From an uncultured Gemmatimonadaceae bacterium (GTDB lineage Bacteria > Gemmatimonadota > Gemmatimonadetes > Gemmatimonadales > Gemmatimonadaceae), in the NCBI GenBank assembly GCA_963781585.1, contig CAWAGQ010000003.1, forward strand, positions 96,001-160,000: a stretch of 64,000 nucleotides of DNA. Reading direction: 5' to 3'. Both the position numbers and the translations under genes were made by a program. The notes beneath the pieces are model-generated. The model searched no databases, was not told where the DNA came from, and saw only the letters and a program-made list of their open reading frames with translations. Shown piece after piece: positions 30,826 through 43,123 of this stretch (within the stretch, counting starts at the first letter, position 1; each line of letters opens with the position of its first letter).

Positions 30826-33800
30826 TTAGAAGCGAGTCGTAAGCGTGATCGTGAACGTACGGGTCGGCGGGTAGCCGAAGCTCGTGGTGGCGCCCACCGC
30901 ATCGGAGCTGACCGCGCCACCGCCGGCGCCGGACCCTACTTCTGGATCCCATCCCAGGTAATCGGTGATGGTCCAGAGATTCCGCCCGTCCGCACTGATG
31001 CTCCAATCGCCCACTCCACGGACCGGTCCCACGTTGTACGACAGGCTCACCTCACGCAGCTTCGTAAACGACCCCTTCTGAATCGTGATGTTGTTGCCGC
31101 CGAGCGCGTCGTACATGCCGCCCGTGCCGTTGTTGTTCTCCGGCGACGTACCGCGCCAGTAGTACCCCATCGGCTTCGCGGTCTCGACGGTCTTCCCATC
31201 CTGGTCTTCCCAGCGGACGTTGAAGTCGCCGAGCGACCAGTGAATCTCGTTGTTGTACAGGCGGTTGCCGTAGCTGCCATCCACCAGCGCGTACAGCGTG
31301 ATCCGCTTGTAGTTGAAGTTCTGCGAGAGCGACAGGTGGAAGTCCGGAAGCGTGTTGCCCGAGTGCACGAGAATCTCGGCGCCCGAGGAATCCCGCTGCC
31401 CCATCAGCATCCCCCAGTGCATGGTGTTCTGGCCCATCGGCGTCTGCACCACTCCACCGGCGTTGAGACAGTTGACGATGCCCGTCTGACTGACGTTCAC
31501 GCCGTTGACCTGGCACCCGTTCAGCTGCGACTGCCACAGGTTCTTGGTGATCCCTTCACCCGGATCGTAGCCACCGGTCCACACCAGGAACCCATCGCTG
31601 TTCAGCTGATACGACTTGCCGGCGCCGCAGTCCGACTGGAAGTCCGTCGGCAACTCCGAGCATGCGCGCAGGAAGTGCTTCCCCCACAACTGCCCGATCC
31701 GCTCGCCCACCCGGAACTGGAACTGCGTGTTGCTGTTGGAGTCGGTGTAGCGCGTAAACGGCGGTACATCGAGGCCGGTGATGACGCTGCGCGTGCGGTC
31801 GTACGAAATCCGCGACGTCCACACCACGTTCCGGCTCGTAACCAACGGCACGTTCAACGATGCTTCCCACGTCTTCCCATCCAGCTGCCCCGCGTTCCGC
31901 CACTGCGTGCTGAATCCCGACGACGACGACACCGGCACCGACAACATCTGATCCTTCGTGATGTCCCGCGCATACGTCAGCGTCAGCCCGTACTTGCTGA
32001 ACAACTCGGCGTCGATCCCGTACTCCGTCTCGGTCGTGTTCTCCGGCTTCAGATTCTTGTTCCCGAGCTGGCTCGCCGACAGCGTCCCGCCCGTCCCGAT
32101 GTTGAACGTCTCGTACTGGTACGTCTGTCCGGGCCGGCCACCGGCCGTTCCCACCGACGCCCGCAGCTTGAAGTCGTTGAGCGCGCCCTTGAAGAACCAC
32201 CACGGCTCATCCGACAACCGCCACGCCATCGACGCCCGATAGTACGAGTGCCACCGCTGGGCCGCCCCGAACAGCGAGCTGCCGTCGCGACGATACGTCG
32301 CATCGGCCAGATACCGGCCCTTGTAGTCGAATGCAATCCCGCTCAGCACGCCCATCGCCCGCGCCGACACGTTGCTCGACTGGGGCGCATTCTGCACCAC
32401 CGCGTTCCGGATGTAGAGCACGCCCGGCACGGTCAGCGTGTTGCCGCCGGCCGACACATCATGTCCATCCTGTCGCTCGAAGTTGTACGACGAATTGAGT
32501 CGTACGTTCAGGTCGCGGAAGCCGAACGGATTGTCGAACCGCCCCGTCCCGGTCAGCGACACGTTGTATGCCTGATCGTTGACCGTGCCATGCCCAATCG
32601 AGCCGAGGTAGGCCGTGCTCTGCGACGCCGACGTCACCCGGTAGCCCTTCTCGGTGAGGTCGTAGTTGTCGTTCCGTCGCACGTCGAGGCTCGTCACCGA
32701 CTGGAACTCGAGCCACGAGAGCGGCGTGTAGCGCCCCGTCAACGACCCGAGGTACCGGTCCACGTTGGTCCGCGACTCGGCGTTCTCCGTGTCGTAAATG
32801 AAGTTCTCGTTCTGCTTCCCCTGGTTCATCGGGTTCGATCGAATGAACAGGCGGCCGTAATCGTCGCGCTGCAGGAGATCGACGCCTGCAGGCGCGCGCG
32901 TCAGGCGGAAGAACGACACACTGGGATAGTTGGTCGTCTTGGCGAACGTCGTCGCCATCTGGAAGCTCAAATCCTCGCTGATCGTCTGATCGGCGTTGAG
33001 GCGCGCCGTCTTCCGGCGATACCCCTGCAGACCGCGAATCGAGCCTTCCTGGTAGAGGCCACCAAGACTCGCAAACACGCCGGTCTGCCCGAACCGGGCG
33101 GTCATGTCCAGGTGCGTGTCGTTGTACGCGCCCGGCAGCACCGCCTGCGCAATCGGGTTGTACCGCTTCGGCCAGGGGTTGATCTGGAAATTCCCCTTCA
33201 GGAACGGCTTGGTGGCCGTCGCCGAAATGCCGTAGTCGCGCGTGAACAGGTAGGGATCCAGAGCATCCGGCGTCGGCACGTTGTTGATCCGCCTGGCTTC
33301 CTGCGCGAAATCGACCACCATGCTGCAGATCGGATAACCCGGCACCACGGCGCAGAACTTGTTGTTCGTCTCGTCCATCTCGATCAGATGGTACTTCGAG
33401 AACGGATACTCGGTCTGCACATCCTGGAAGCCGTACTCCGAGCGCACGCTGAAGCGCGCCCCCTGGCCGGCGTTCCGGGCGCCCTTGGTCGTGATCTGGA
33501 TGACCCCGTTCTGGGCGCGCGAGCCGAACGTCGACGACGCCGCCGCGCCCTTGACCACTTCGATGCTCTCGATGTCGTTCGGATCGAGATCGGTCATCGA
33601 GCCGTTCAGAATCACCCCGTCCACCACGATCAGGGGATCGAGCGGCCGGTTGATCGACTTGACCCCGCGCAACAGGATCGACGGCGCGGTGCCCGGCCGC
33701 CCGTTCGGCAGCACGATCTGGGCGCCGGTGACCTTCCCCTGGAGCGCGGTCAGCGCGCTCGCCGAGGGCACCTTGAGGTCGGCCTGGTCGATCCGGTCCA

Positions 33801-34215
33801 CCGTGAACGCCAGCTTCTTCGTCTCCGTCGCACCCGTCACGCCCGTGACCACCACCTCCGAGAGCCGGTTGATGTCCACCTTGAGCGCGAAGTCCTTGGT
33901 GAGCGTCCCGGCGGTGAGGGTGATGAGCTCGGAGGCCGCCACGTAGCCGATGGAGCGCGCACGCAGCATCGCCTGCTGGCCCCGAACCCGCTCCGCCGGA
34001 ATGGAGATGCGGTAGGCGCCCTGCTCATTGGTCGGCACCGAGATCGTCATCTCGGCGATGTAGACCTGGGCACTGTTCAGGGGCTGGCCCTGCTCCGATT
34101 TCACGGTGCCGGTGATGACCAATCCTTGCGCATACGCAGTCCCGGCAAAGACCGCGCACGCCAGCCCGGCGAGCATACCCCTCGCCAAACTGAGTGAGTA
34201 ACGGAACTTCGTCAT
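30826..34215 (-). CDS. SusC/RagA family TonB-dependent transporter (copy 1, with SusD)
   Basis: Signal peptide, N-terminal carboxypeptidase-regulatory-like domain, PLIVVDGV, DIESIEVVKGAAASSTFGSRAQNGVIQITTK, YRRDGSSLFG, NLKPE, C-terminal F. Confidence 0.95.
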   Translation of the reverse strand: MTKFRYSLSLARGMLAGLACAVFAGTAYAQGLVITGTVKSEQGQPLNSAQVYIAEMTISVPTNEQGAYRISIPAERVRGQQAMLRARSIGYVAASELITLTAGTLTKDFALKVDINRLSEVVVTGVTGATETKKLAFTVDRIDQADLKVPSASALTALQGKVTGAQIVLPNGRPGTAPSILLRGVKSINRPLDPLIVVDGVILNGSMTDLDPNDIESIEVVKGAAASSTFGSRAQNGVIQITTKGARNAGQGARFSVRSEYGFQDVQTEYPFSKYHLIEMDETNNKFCAVVPGYPICSMVVDFAQEARRINNVPTPDALDPYLFTRDYGISATATKPFLKGNFQINPWPKRYNPIAQAVLPGAYNDTHLDMTARFGQTGVFASLGGLYQEGSIRGLQGYRRKTARLNADQTISEDLSFQMATTFAKTTNYPSVSFFRLTRAPAGVDLLQRDDYGRLFIRSNPMNQGKQNENFIYDTENAESRTNVDRYLGSLTGRYTPLSWLEFQSVTSLDVRRNDNYDLTEKGYRVTSASQSTAYLGSIGHGTVNDQAYNVSLTGTGRFDNPFGFRDLNVRLNSSYNFERQDGHDVSAGGNTLTVPGVLYIRNAVVQNAPQSSNVSARAMGVLSGIAFDYKGRYLADATYRRDGSSLFGAAQRWHSYYRASMAWRLSDEPWWFFKGALNDFKLRASVGTAGGRPGQTYQYETFNIGTGGTLSASQLGNKNLKPENTTETEYGIDAELFSKYGLTLTYARDITKDQMLSVPVSSSSGFSTQWRNAGQLDGKTWEASLNVPLVTSRNVVWTSRISYDRTRSVITGLDVPPFTRYTDSNSNTQFQFRVGERIGQLWGKHFLRACSELPTDFQSDCGAGKSYQLNSDGFLVWTGGYDPGEGITKNLWQSQLNGCQVNGVNVSQTGIVNCLNAGGVVQTPMGQNTMHWGMLMGQRDSSGAEILVHSGNTLPDFHLSLSQNFNYKRITLYALVDGSYGNRLYNNEIHWSLGDFNVRWEDQDGKTVETAKPMGYYWRGTSPENNNGTGGMYDALGGNNITIQKGSFTKLREVSLSYNVGPVRGVGDWSISADGRNLWTITDYLGWDPEVGSGAGGGAVSSDAVGATTSFGYPPTRTFTITLTTRF

Positions 34216-34598
34216 GTGATCCTCGCGTGTTGAGGGCCTGTTCCGTCTCATCCGCCGCTCAGCCCTCTGCCGGGCGGTGGACCTTCGCTGTTGCACCTAT
34301 GCGCCGGGCGCAGCGGTGCAGGTGGGGGTGGGAGTACCACAGAAGCTCGTCGGGGCGAGATATGCCAAGCGCGTCCTTTCCCACCGCACCAGGGATCTCA
34401 CCCACTTCCCTTCGTGACAGCGCCGCAACGAGGTCGTGACCCCTTTGCGAGCCTGTCTCGCGAAATTCGCCTGCATGCCGATAGTCGGTCCCGGAAAGGA
34501 ATGCGTTGAACCTAACGACGCATGTAGCACCGCCAGGCACGGACCCGGTACCTGCTGACCGGCCCGTCCCCGCGATTTATCGGTTCATGACGAGCCCC

Positions 34599-34627
34599 AT
34601 ATTGCTCGTCCCCACAAGGAAGCGCAA
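34599..34627 (-). promoter_or_regulatory. Putative sigma-70 promoter of susC copy 1
   Basis: Minus strand TTGCGC-N17-CAATAT-GGG; the same hexamers precede copy 2. Confidence 0.65.
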
Positions 34628-34913
34628 GACGGCGTTTGAGGACTCGTTGGGACGGACCGACGCGCCCGCGATGGCGGGGGGACGAGTGGACCTAAGTTCG
34701 CCTCAGGTCAAACGATCCTGCGCTCCCGGGACACCCCCGATCCACGACAAAATCCCGCATCGATTACTCTGATTTCGGGGCATTCCCCAGCTGCTTCCGG
34801 AGGCCTTGAATTACCGGAATCCCGCCGTTCGGAGCACGCCGTTCCGGCCGGCGCCGGCGCCTGCCGCTCTTCTATATAGGAGTGAGCAGACATGGGAATC
34901 AGCGGACCGCGAA

Positions 34914-34963
34914 ACCCTGGAGAGGATGGAGAGTGTCCATCCACTCTCCATCCTCCACCGGGT
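34914..34963 (-). terminator. Stem-loop after susC copy 2
   Basis: 14-bp perfect stem GAGGATGGAGAGTG/CACTCTCCATCCTC with an extended ACCC/GGGT base; weak U tract. Confidence 0.55.
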
Positions 34964-34971
34964 CTTGCCAC

Positions 34972-37900
34972 CTAGAAGCGGGTCTGCAGTGTGAGCGTGA
35001 AGGTCCTCGTGGGAGGATAGCCGTAGCCGGTCGACGCACCCACTGCATCCGAGTTGACCGCTCGGCTGTTGCCCCCGACCTCGGGATCCCATCCCAGGTA
35101 ATCCGTGATGGTCCAGAGATTCCGCCCATCCGCGCTGATGCTCCAGTCACCAACCCCGCGCACCGGGCCGATGTTGTACGAGAGGCTCACCTCACGCAGC
35201 TTCGTATAGGAACCCTTCATGATGGTGATGTTGCTGCCGCCGAGCACGTTGTACATGCCGCTCACGCCGTTGTTGTTCTCCGGCGACGTACCGCGCCAGT
35301 AGTACCCCATCGGCTTCGCCGTCTCGACGGTCTTCCCATCCTGGTCTTCCCACCGGACGTTGAAGTCGCCGAGCGACCAGTGGATTTCCGCGTTGTACAG
35401 GCGGTTCCCGTAGCTCCCGTCCACGAGCGTATACAGCGTGAACCGCTTGTAGTTGAAGTTCTGCGACAGCGACAGATGGAAGTCCGGGAGGGAATTCCCC
35501 GAATGCACGAGAATCTCCGATCCTGTGGAGTCCCGCATGCCCATCAGCATCCCCCAGTGCACGGTGTTCTGGCCCCACGGGGTCTGCACCACACCACCCG
35601 CCGCCAGGCAATTGATGATGCCGGTCTGGCTGACATTCTGACCGTTTACCTGGCAGCCGCCGAGCTGTGACTGCCACAGGTTCTTGGTGATCCCTTCACC
35701 CGGATCGTAACCACCGGTCCACACCAGAAATCCCTCGCTGTTCAGCTGATACGACTTGCCAGCGCCGCAGTCGCCCTGGAACTCGGTCGGCAGCTCCGAG
35801 CACGCGCGCAGGAAGTGCTTCCCCCACAACTGGCCAATCCGCTCGCCGACCCGGAACTGAAACTGCGTGTTGCCATTTCCCGTGGTTCGCGTAAACGGCG
35901 GCACATCGAGGCCGGTGATGACGCTGCGCGTGCGGTCGTACGAAATCCGCGACGTCCACACCACGTTCCGGCTCGTAACCAACGGCACGTTCAACGATGC
36001 TTCCCACGTCTTCCCATCCAGCTGCCCCGCGTTCCGCCACTGCGTGCTGAATCCCGACGACGACGACACCGGGACTTCGAGCATCTGGTCGGTCGTGATG
36101 TCCCGCGCGTAGGTCAGCGTCAGTCCGTACTTGCTGAACAACTCGGCGTCGATCCCGTACTCGGTCTCGGTCGTGTTCTCCGGCTTCAGATTCTTGTTCC
36201 CGAGCTGGCTCGCCGACAGCGTCCCGCCCGAGCCGATGTTGAATGTCTCGTACTGGTACGACTGGCCCGGCCGGCCACCGGCCGTCCCCACCGAGGCCCG
36301 CAGCTTGAAGTCGTTGAGCGCGCCCTTGAAGAACCACCACGGCTCATCCGACAACCGCCACGCCATCGACGCCCGGTAGTACGAGTGCCACCGCTGCGCC
36401 GCCCCGAACAGCGAACTGCCGTCGCGACGATACGTCGCGTCGGCCAGATACCGCCCCTTGTAGTCGAACGCGATCCCGCTCAATACGCCCATTGCCCGCG
36501 ACGACACGTTGCTCGAGCTCGGCGCGCTTTGTACTGTCGCATTCCGGATGTAAAGCACGCCCGGCACCGTCAGCGTCCTGCCTGACGCTGAAACGTCATG
36601 CCCGTCCTGCCGCTCGAAGTTGTACGACGAGTTCAACCGGACGTTCAGATCGCGGAAGCCGAACGGATTGTCGAACCGCCCCGTCCCGGTCAGCGCCACG
36701 TTGTACGCCTGATCATTCGTATTGCCATGCGAGATCCTGCCGAGGTAGTTCGTGCTCTGCGACGCCGACGTCACCCGGTAGCCCTTCTCGGTCAGCGAAT
36801 AATTGTCGTTCCGCCGCACGTCGAGGCTCGTCACCGACTGGAACTCCAGCCACGAGAACGGCGTGAAACGCCCCGTCAACGACCCGAGGTACCGGTCCAC
36901 GTTGGTCCGCGACTCGGCATTCTCCGTGTCGTAGAGGATGTTCGCGTTCTGCTTCCCCTGGTTCATCGGGTTCGATCGGATGAAGAGCCGCCCGTAGTCG
37001 TCCCGAGCGAGCAGGTTCACGCCGGCTGGCGCCCGAGTGAGGCGGAACGTGGAGAACCCGGGGTAGGTCGTCGTCTTCGCGAAGGTGGTCGCCATCTGGA
37101 AGCTCAGATCCTCGCTGATCGTCTGATCGGCGTTGAGGCGCGCCGTCTTCCGGCGATACCCCTGCAGTCCGCGAACCGACCCTTCCTGATAGAGCCCGCC
37201 CAGACTGGCGAACACACCCGTCTCGCCAAACCGCGCCGTCATGTCCAGGTGGGAGTCGTTGTACGCCCCGGGCAGCACCGCCTGCGCAATCGGGTTGTAC
37301 CGCACCGGCCACGGATTGATCTGGAACGTGCCCTTGAGGTAGGGCTTCTTGGCCGTCGCCGAAATCCCGAAGTCCCGCGTGAACAGGTAGGGATCCAGGG
37401 CATCCGGCGTCGGCACGTTGTTGATCCGCTTCGCTTCCTGCGCGAAATCGACCACCATGCTGCAGATCGGATAACCCGGCACCACCGCGCAGAACTTGTT
37501 GTTCGTCTCGTCCATCTCGATCAGATGGTACTTCGAGAACGGATACTCGGTCTGCATGTCCTGGAAGCCGTACTCCGAGCGCACGCTGAAGCGCGCCCCC
37601 TGGCCGGCATTGCGGGCGCCCTTGGTCGTGATCTGGATGACGCCGTTCTGGGCGCGCGAGCCGAACGTAGACGACGCCGCCGCGCCCTTCACCACTTCGA
37701 TGCTCTCGATGTCGTTCGGATCGAGATCGGTCATCGAGCCGTTCAGAATCACCCCGTCCACCACGATCAGGGGATCGAGCGGCCGGTTGATCGACTTGAC
37801 CCCGCGCAACAGGATCGACGGCGCGGTGCCCGGCCGCCCGTCCGGCAGCACGATCTGGGCGCCGGTGACCTTTCCCTGCAGCGCGGTGAGCGCGCTCGCC

Positions 37901-38352
37901 GAGGGGAGCTTGAGGTCGGCCTGGTCGATCTTGTCCACTGTGAATGCGAGGTTCTTGGTCTCCGTCGCGCCCGTCACGCCCGTGACCACAACCTCTGAGA
38001 GGCGATTGACGTCCACTTTGAGCGTGAAATCCCTGGTGAGGGTTCCCGCCGTTAGCGTGATCAACTGCGACGTGGGTGTGTATCCGATGGCGCGTGCCCG
38101 CAGCATCGCCTGTTGGCCCCGTACCCGCGCCGGCGGAATGGAGATACGGTACTCGCCCTGCTCATTGGTCGGCACGGAGATCGCCATCTCCGCGATGTAG
38201 ACCTGTGCGTTGGTCAAGGATTGTCCCTGTGCCGACTTCACCGTGCCGGTGATAACCAATCCTTGTGCGTGCGCCGCTCCGGCAAAGACCGCGCACGCAA
38301 GCGCGACGAACATGCCCCTCGCCGGCCTGTGGGTGTGACAGAAGCGTTTCAT
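34972..38352 (-). CDS. SusC/RagA family TonB-dependent transporter (copy 2, no adjacent SusD)
   Basis: Same motifs as copy 1; collinear and highly similar to 30826..34215. Confidence 0.95.
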   Translation of the reverse strand: MKRFCHTHRPARGMFVALACAVFAGAAHAQGLVITGTVKSAQGQSLTNAQVYIAEMAISVPTNEQGEYRISIPPARVRGQQAMLRARAIGYTPTSQLITLTAGTLTRDFTLKVDVNRLSEVVVTGVTGATETKNLAFTVDKIDQADLKLPSASALTALQGKVTGAQIVLPDGRPGTAPSILLRGVKSINRPLDPLIVVDGVILNGSMTDLDPNDIESIEVVKGAAASSTFGSRAQNGVIQITTKGARNAGQGARFSVRSEYGFQDMQTEYPFSKYHLIEMDETNNKFCAVVPGYPICSMVVDFAQEAKRINNVPTPDALDPYLFTRDFGISATAKKPYLKGTFQINPWPVRYNPIAQAVLPGAYNDSHLDMTARFGETGVFASLGGLYQEGSVRGLQGYRRKTARLNADQTISEDLSFQMATTFAKTTTYPGFSTFRLTRAPAGVNLLARDDYGRLFIRSNPMNQGKQNANILYDTENAESRTNVDRYLGSLTGRFTPFSWLEFQSVTSLDVRRNDNYSLTEKGYRVTSASQSTNYLGRISHGNTNDQAYNVALTGTGRFDNPFGFRDLNVRLNSSYNFERQDGHDVSASGRTLTVPGVLYIRNATVQSAPSSSNVSSRAMGVLSGIAFDYKGRYLADATYRRDGSSLFGAAQRWHSYYRASMAWRLSDEPWWFFKGALNDFKLRASVGTAGGRPGQSYQYETFNIGSGGTLSASQLGNKNLKPENTTETEYGIDAELFSKYGLTLTYARDITTDQMLEVPVSSSSGFSTQWRNAGQLDGKTWEASLNVPLVTSRNVVWTSRISYDRTRSVITGLDVPPFTRTTGNGNTQFQFRVGERIGQLWGKHFLRACSELPTEFQGDCGAGKSYQLNSEGFLVWTGGYDPGEGITKNLWQSQLGGCQVNGQNVSQTGIINCLAAGGVVQTPWGQNTVHWGMLMGMRDSTGSEILVHSGNSLPDFHLSLSQNFNYKRFTLYTLVDGSYGNRLYNAEIHWSLGDFNVRWEDQDGKTVETAKPMGYYWRGTSPENNNGVSGMYNVLGGSNITIMKGSYTKLREVSLSYNIGPVRGVGDWSISADGRNLWTITDYLGWDPEVGGNSRAVNSDAVGASTGYGYPPTRTFTLTLQTRF

Positions 38353-38721
38353 GTGTCCCCCGGGGTGTGAACCCTGTCTTGCGTCGCGATGCAACGCTCT
38401 CCTGGTCAGCGTCACTGCGCGTGCGCACGGCGCCCCTCCTTGCCACCGTGCGTGCTGAGGTGAGACAGCGATACTTCGGATCCTATCGATCTACGGCACA
38501 GCACTCCTTGCGAAAATCCTTCGGAGCCTAACGATGGCACCAAGCAGCGATTGACTCGGACCCGATGAATTCGGACCCTAACTATTAATCCAAAAAGGAA
38601 GGCGGGAGCCAACCCGCCGAAAGTTCAGTCAGAGCCTAACGATACGTGACATCTTGGCGCGTGCAGATTACCTCAGCGCCCGTCGGTTCGTCCCCGGCAC
38701 CGACGCCCTGTCACAGTACCC

Positions 38722-38751
38722 ATATTGCGTCCAACTGCCGGGAAAGCGCAA
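38722..38751 (-). promoter_or_regulatory. Putative sigma-70 promoter of susC copy 2
   Basis: Minus strand TTGCGC-N18-CAATAT-GGG. Confidence 0.65.
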
Positions 38752-38893
38752 GTCACGACTGCCGTGGCGCGCCGATTCCACAGCGTAAGTTGTTATAGAA
38801 ACGGCAGATACATGGCTACGCTGTTTTCTCCCCGTCGACACCGGTCAATGTGCGGATCGGCAGGCCGTGCGCCGAGCACCTTCCCGCGCATGG

Positions 38894-39145
38894 TCAGGCG
38901 GGGCTCGCCTTCTCCGTAATCACCCGCACCTGATCGCCGAGGACCTGCAGAAACCCGCCCTCCACGATGAACCGGCCAGCCGTACCCCCTGGATCGAGAC
39001 GCAGCTCGCCCTGCCCGAGAAGGGTCATCATCGGCGCGTGCTGCGACAGGATCCCGACCTCGCCGTCGAACGCCGGTGCAACGACGCTCGAGACCTCTCC
39101 CTCGAAGAGGACGCGCTCCGGTGAGATCACAGAGACTTTCAGCAT
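38894..39145 (-). CDS. atpC: ATP synthase F1 epsilon subunit (short, N-terminal domain only)
   Basis: VSVISPERVLF, GEVGILSQHAP, VEGGFLQV; follows atpD. Confidence 0.93.
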   Translation of the reverse strand: MLKVSVISPERVLFEGEVSSVVAPAFDGEVGILSQHAPMMTLLGQGELRLDPGGTAGRFIVEGGFLQVLGDQVRVITEKASPA

Positions 39146-39158
39146 GGACCCGGCTCTC

Positions 39159-40634
<1,476 letters not shown>

Positions 40635-41495
40635 CTACTCCAGCGCCGCCGCCCCTCCAACGATCTCGGCGATCTCCTGCGTGATGCCCGCCTGCCGGGC
40701 ACGATTGTACGTCCGCGTGAGCGAGGTCAGCATTTCGCCAGCGTTATCGGTCGCATTCTTCATGGCGGTGCGTCGCGCCCCCTGCTCGCCGGCCGCCGTT
40801 TCCACCAGTGCGCGAAAGACGGCATTCCGCACGTACGACGGCAGCAGCTCCGACAGGATGGCGTCCGCCGACGGGAAGAGCAGATAGTCCGGGGCGTGCC
40901 CCGAGCGCTGCGGCGGATGCACCGGGAGGATCCGCTCCGTGGTGGGGGGCGTCGAGAGCGCCGACCGGAACTGGGCATAGATGACGTAGACCGCGTCGAG
41001 CTTTCCGGAGATGAATCCGCGCATCAGGCCGTCCACCAGCGAGGCCGCATCGTGGGGCGTGGGAGGATCGCTGATGTCGGTGCGCCCGGTCGCGATCTCG
41101 GCACCGATGTAGCGGAAGTAGCCGAGGCCCTTGCGTCCGACGATGTGGAGCTCGGAGGCAACCCCCTCCTCGCGCTGGCGGGCCAGCAACGCGCGGGCCT
41201 CGCGAATGAGATTCGCGTTGAACGCCCCGCACAAGCCACGATTGGACGTGAGCAGGAGTATCGCGGCGCGGCGAATGCGCTCGGGTTGGCGGAGCAGCGG
41301 AAAGCGGTCGGCCAGATCGGGGGTGTAGAGTCCGGCAATCACGTCGGCCAGCGCGCGGGCGTACGGTCGCGCCGCGTTCACCCGATCCTGGGCGCGCTTC
41401 ATTCGCGACGTGGCCACGAGCTCCATGGTCCGCGTGATCTTGCGGGTGTTCTCGACAGTCTTGATACGGCGCTTGAGTTCGCGACCCTTGGCCAT
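40635..41495 (-). CDS. atpG: ATP synthase F1 gamma subunit
   Basis: KITRTMELVA, RGLCGAFN, AMKNATDNA, RQAGITQEIAEIVGGA. Confidence 0.98.
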   Translation of the reverse strand: MAKGRELKRRIKTVENTRKITRTMELVATSRMKRAQDRVNAARPYARALADVIAGLYTPDLADRFPLLRQPERIRRAAILLLTSNRGLCGAFNANLIREARALLARQREEGVASELHIVGRKGLGYFRYIGAEIATGRTDISDPPTPHDAASLVDGLMRGFISGKLDAVYVIYAQFRSALSTPPTTERILPVHPPQRSGHAPDYLLFPSADAILSELLPSYVRNAVFRALVETAAGEQGARRTAMKNATDNAGEMLTSLTRTYNRARQAGITQEIAEIVGGAAALE

Positions 41496-41551
41496 TGGTC
41501 AGGGGCAGTGAGCGGTGACGGATGAGCGGAGCGCGGGCACGCGATGGCCGC

Positions 41552-43123
41552 TCATCCGACGGTGACCTTCTTGTACTCTTCGATCCCTCGCCGCAACGCC
41601 GACTCGGCATCCTTCGAGAGCGTGCGTTCCTTGCGGACGCCATCGCCGACCTGCGGGAACTGCGTGGCCATGAAGTCATGGAAGCCACGTTCCCACTCCC
41701 GGATATCCTTCACCGCGACGTCATCGAGGAATCCGTTGGTCACCGCGAAGATGATCATCACCTGCTGCTCGACCGGCATCGGCTGATACTGCGGCTGCTT
41801 CAGGACCTCCACCGTGCGGGCGCCGCGCTCCAGCTGCTTCTTGGTCGCGGCGTCGAGGTCGGAAGCGAACGCCGAGAACGCCTCGAGTTCGCGGAACTGC
41901 GCGAGGTCGAGGCGGAGACGCCCGGCGACCTGCTTCATGGCCTTGATCTGCGCTGAACCGCCCACCCGGGAGACCGAGATGCCGACGTTGATGGCGGGAC
42001 GGACGCCGGCGAAGAAGAGGTCGGTCTCCAGGAAGATCTGGCCGTCAGTAATAGAAATGACGTTGGTCGGGATGTAGGCCGACACATCGCCCGCCTGCGT
42101 CTCGATGATCGGGAGCGCGGTCAGGCTTCCGCCCGACTTGAAAATCATCTTGTTGTCGACGACATCCGGGTCGTCGCGGAGCTTGGCGGCGCGTTCGAGC
42201 AGGCGCGAGTGGAGATAGAACACGTCGCCTGGGTAGGCTTCGCGGCCTGGCGGACGTCTGAGCACGAGGGACAGCTGGCGGTAGGCGGCGGCCTGCTTGG
42301 AAAGGTCATCGTACACGCAGAGGGTCGGTTTGCCCTCGTGGTACATGAAGTACTCGGCCATGGCACAGCCGGAGTAGGGCGCGATGTACTGCATCGGCGC
42401 CGGGTCCGAAGCGGCGGCGCAGACGACGATGGTGTATTCCATGGCGCCCGCCTGCTTCAGCTTTTCGACGACCGCGGCCACGGTGGACGCTTTCTGTCCG
42501 ATGGCCACGTAGACGCAGATGACGCCCTGCCCCTTCTGGTTGATGATGGTGTCGATCGCGATGGCCGTCTTGCCGGTCCCGCGGTCGCCGATGATGAGCT
42601 CGCGCTGGCCCCGGCCGATCGGGATCATGGCGTCGACGGCCTTGAGCCCGGTCTGCAGCGGCTGGTTGACCGGCTGCCTGACGATGATACCTGGCGCGGG
42701 AGAGTCGACGCGCCGCGTCATGGTGCTGTGGACCTCACCCAGTCCGTCGATGGGACGTCCCAGGGGATCGACCACCCGTCCGACGAGCGCCGGACCGACC
42801 GGCACATCGAGCACGCGCGTCGTCCGGCGCACTTCGTCGCCCTCCTTCAGCTGGAGGTAGTCCCCCAGGATGACGGCGCCGATGTTGTCTTCCTCGAGGT
42901 TGAGGGCGAGGGCGGTGATGATCGCACCGGTTTCCGACGAGGTGACCGCGAGCATCTCTCCCGCCATCGCCTTCTTGAGGCCGTAGATGCGCGCGATGCC
43001 GTCTCGGACCTCGAGCACGGTACCGACCTCTTCGACATCGAGCTCGTGGAGGTCGGCGGCCTCGATCTCGCGCAGGAGGATGTCCTTGATCTCGCCTGGC
43101 CGGAGCAGGGTTTCGCTGGGCAT
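41552..43123 (-). CDS. atpA: ATP synthase F1 alpha subunit
   Basis: [44 protein letters not shown]. Confidence 0.98.
   Translation of the reverse strand: MPSETLLRPGEIKDILLREIEAADLHELDVEEVGTVLEVRDGIARIYGLKKAMAGEMLAVTSSETGAIITALALNLEEDNIGAVILGDYLQLKEGDEVRRTTRVLDVPVGPALVGRVVDPLGRPIDGLGEVHSTMTRRVDSPAPGIIVRQPVNQPLQTGLKAVDAMIPIGRGQRELIIGDRGTGKTAIAIDTIINQKGQGVICVYVAIGQKASTVAAVVEKLKQAGAMEYTIVVCAAASDPAPMQYIAPYSGCAMAEYFMYHEGKPTLCVYDDLSKQAAAYRQLSLVLRRPPGREAYPGDVFYLHSRLLERAAKLRDDPDVVDNKMIFKSGGSLTALPIIETQAGDVSAYIPTNVISITDGQIFLETDLFFAGVRPAINVGISVSRVGGSAQIKAMKQVAGRLRLDLAQFRELEAFSAFASDLDAATKKQLERGARTVEVLKQPQYQPMPVEQQVMIIFAVTNGFLDDVAVKDIREWERGFHDFMATQFPQVGDGVRKERTLSKDAESALRRGIEEYKKVTVG

Noticed and set aside
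30826..38352. susC duplication as a DGR or shufflon
   Set aside because: No reverse transcriptase or site-specific recombinase in the window; differences are not restricted to adenines; both copies are full-length and co-oriented
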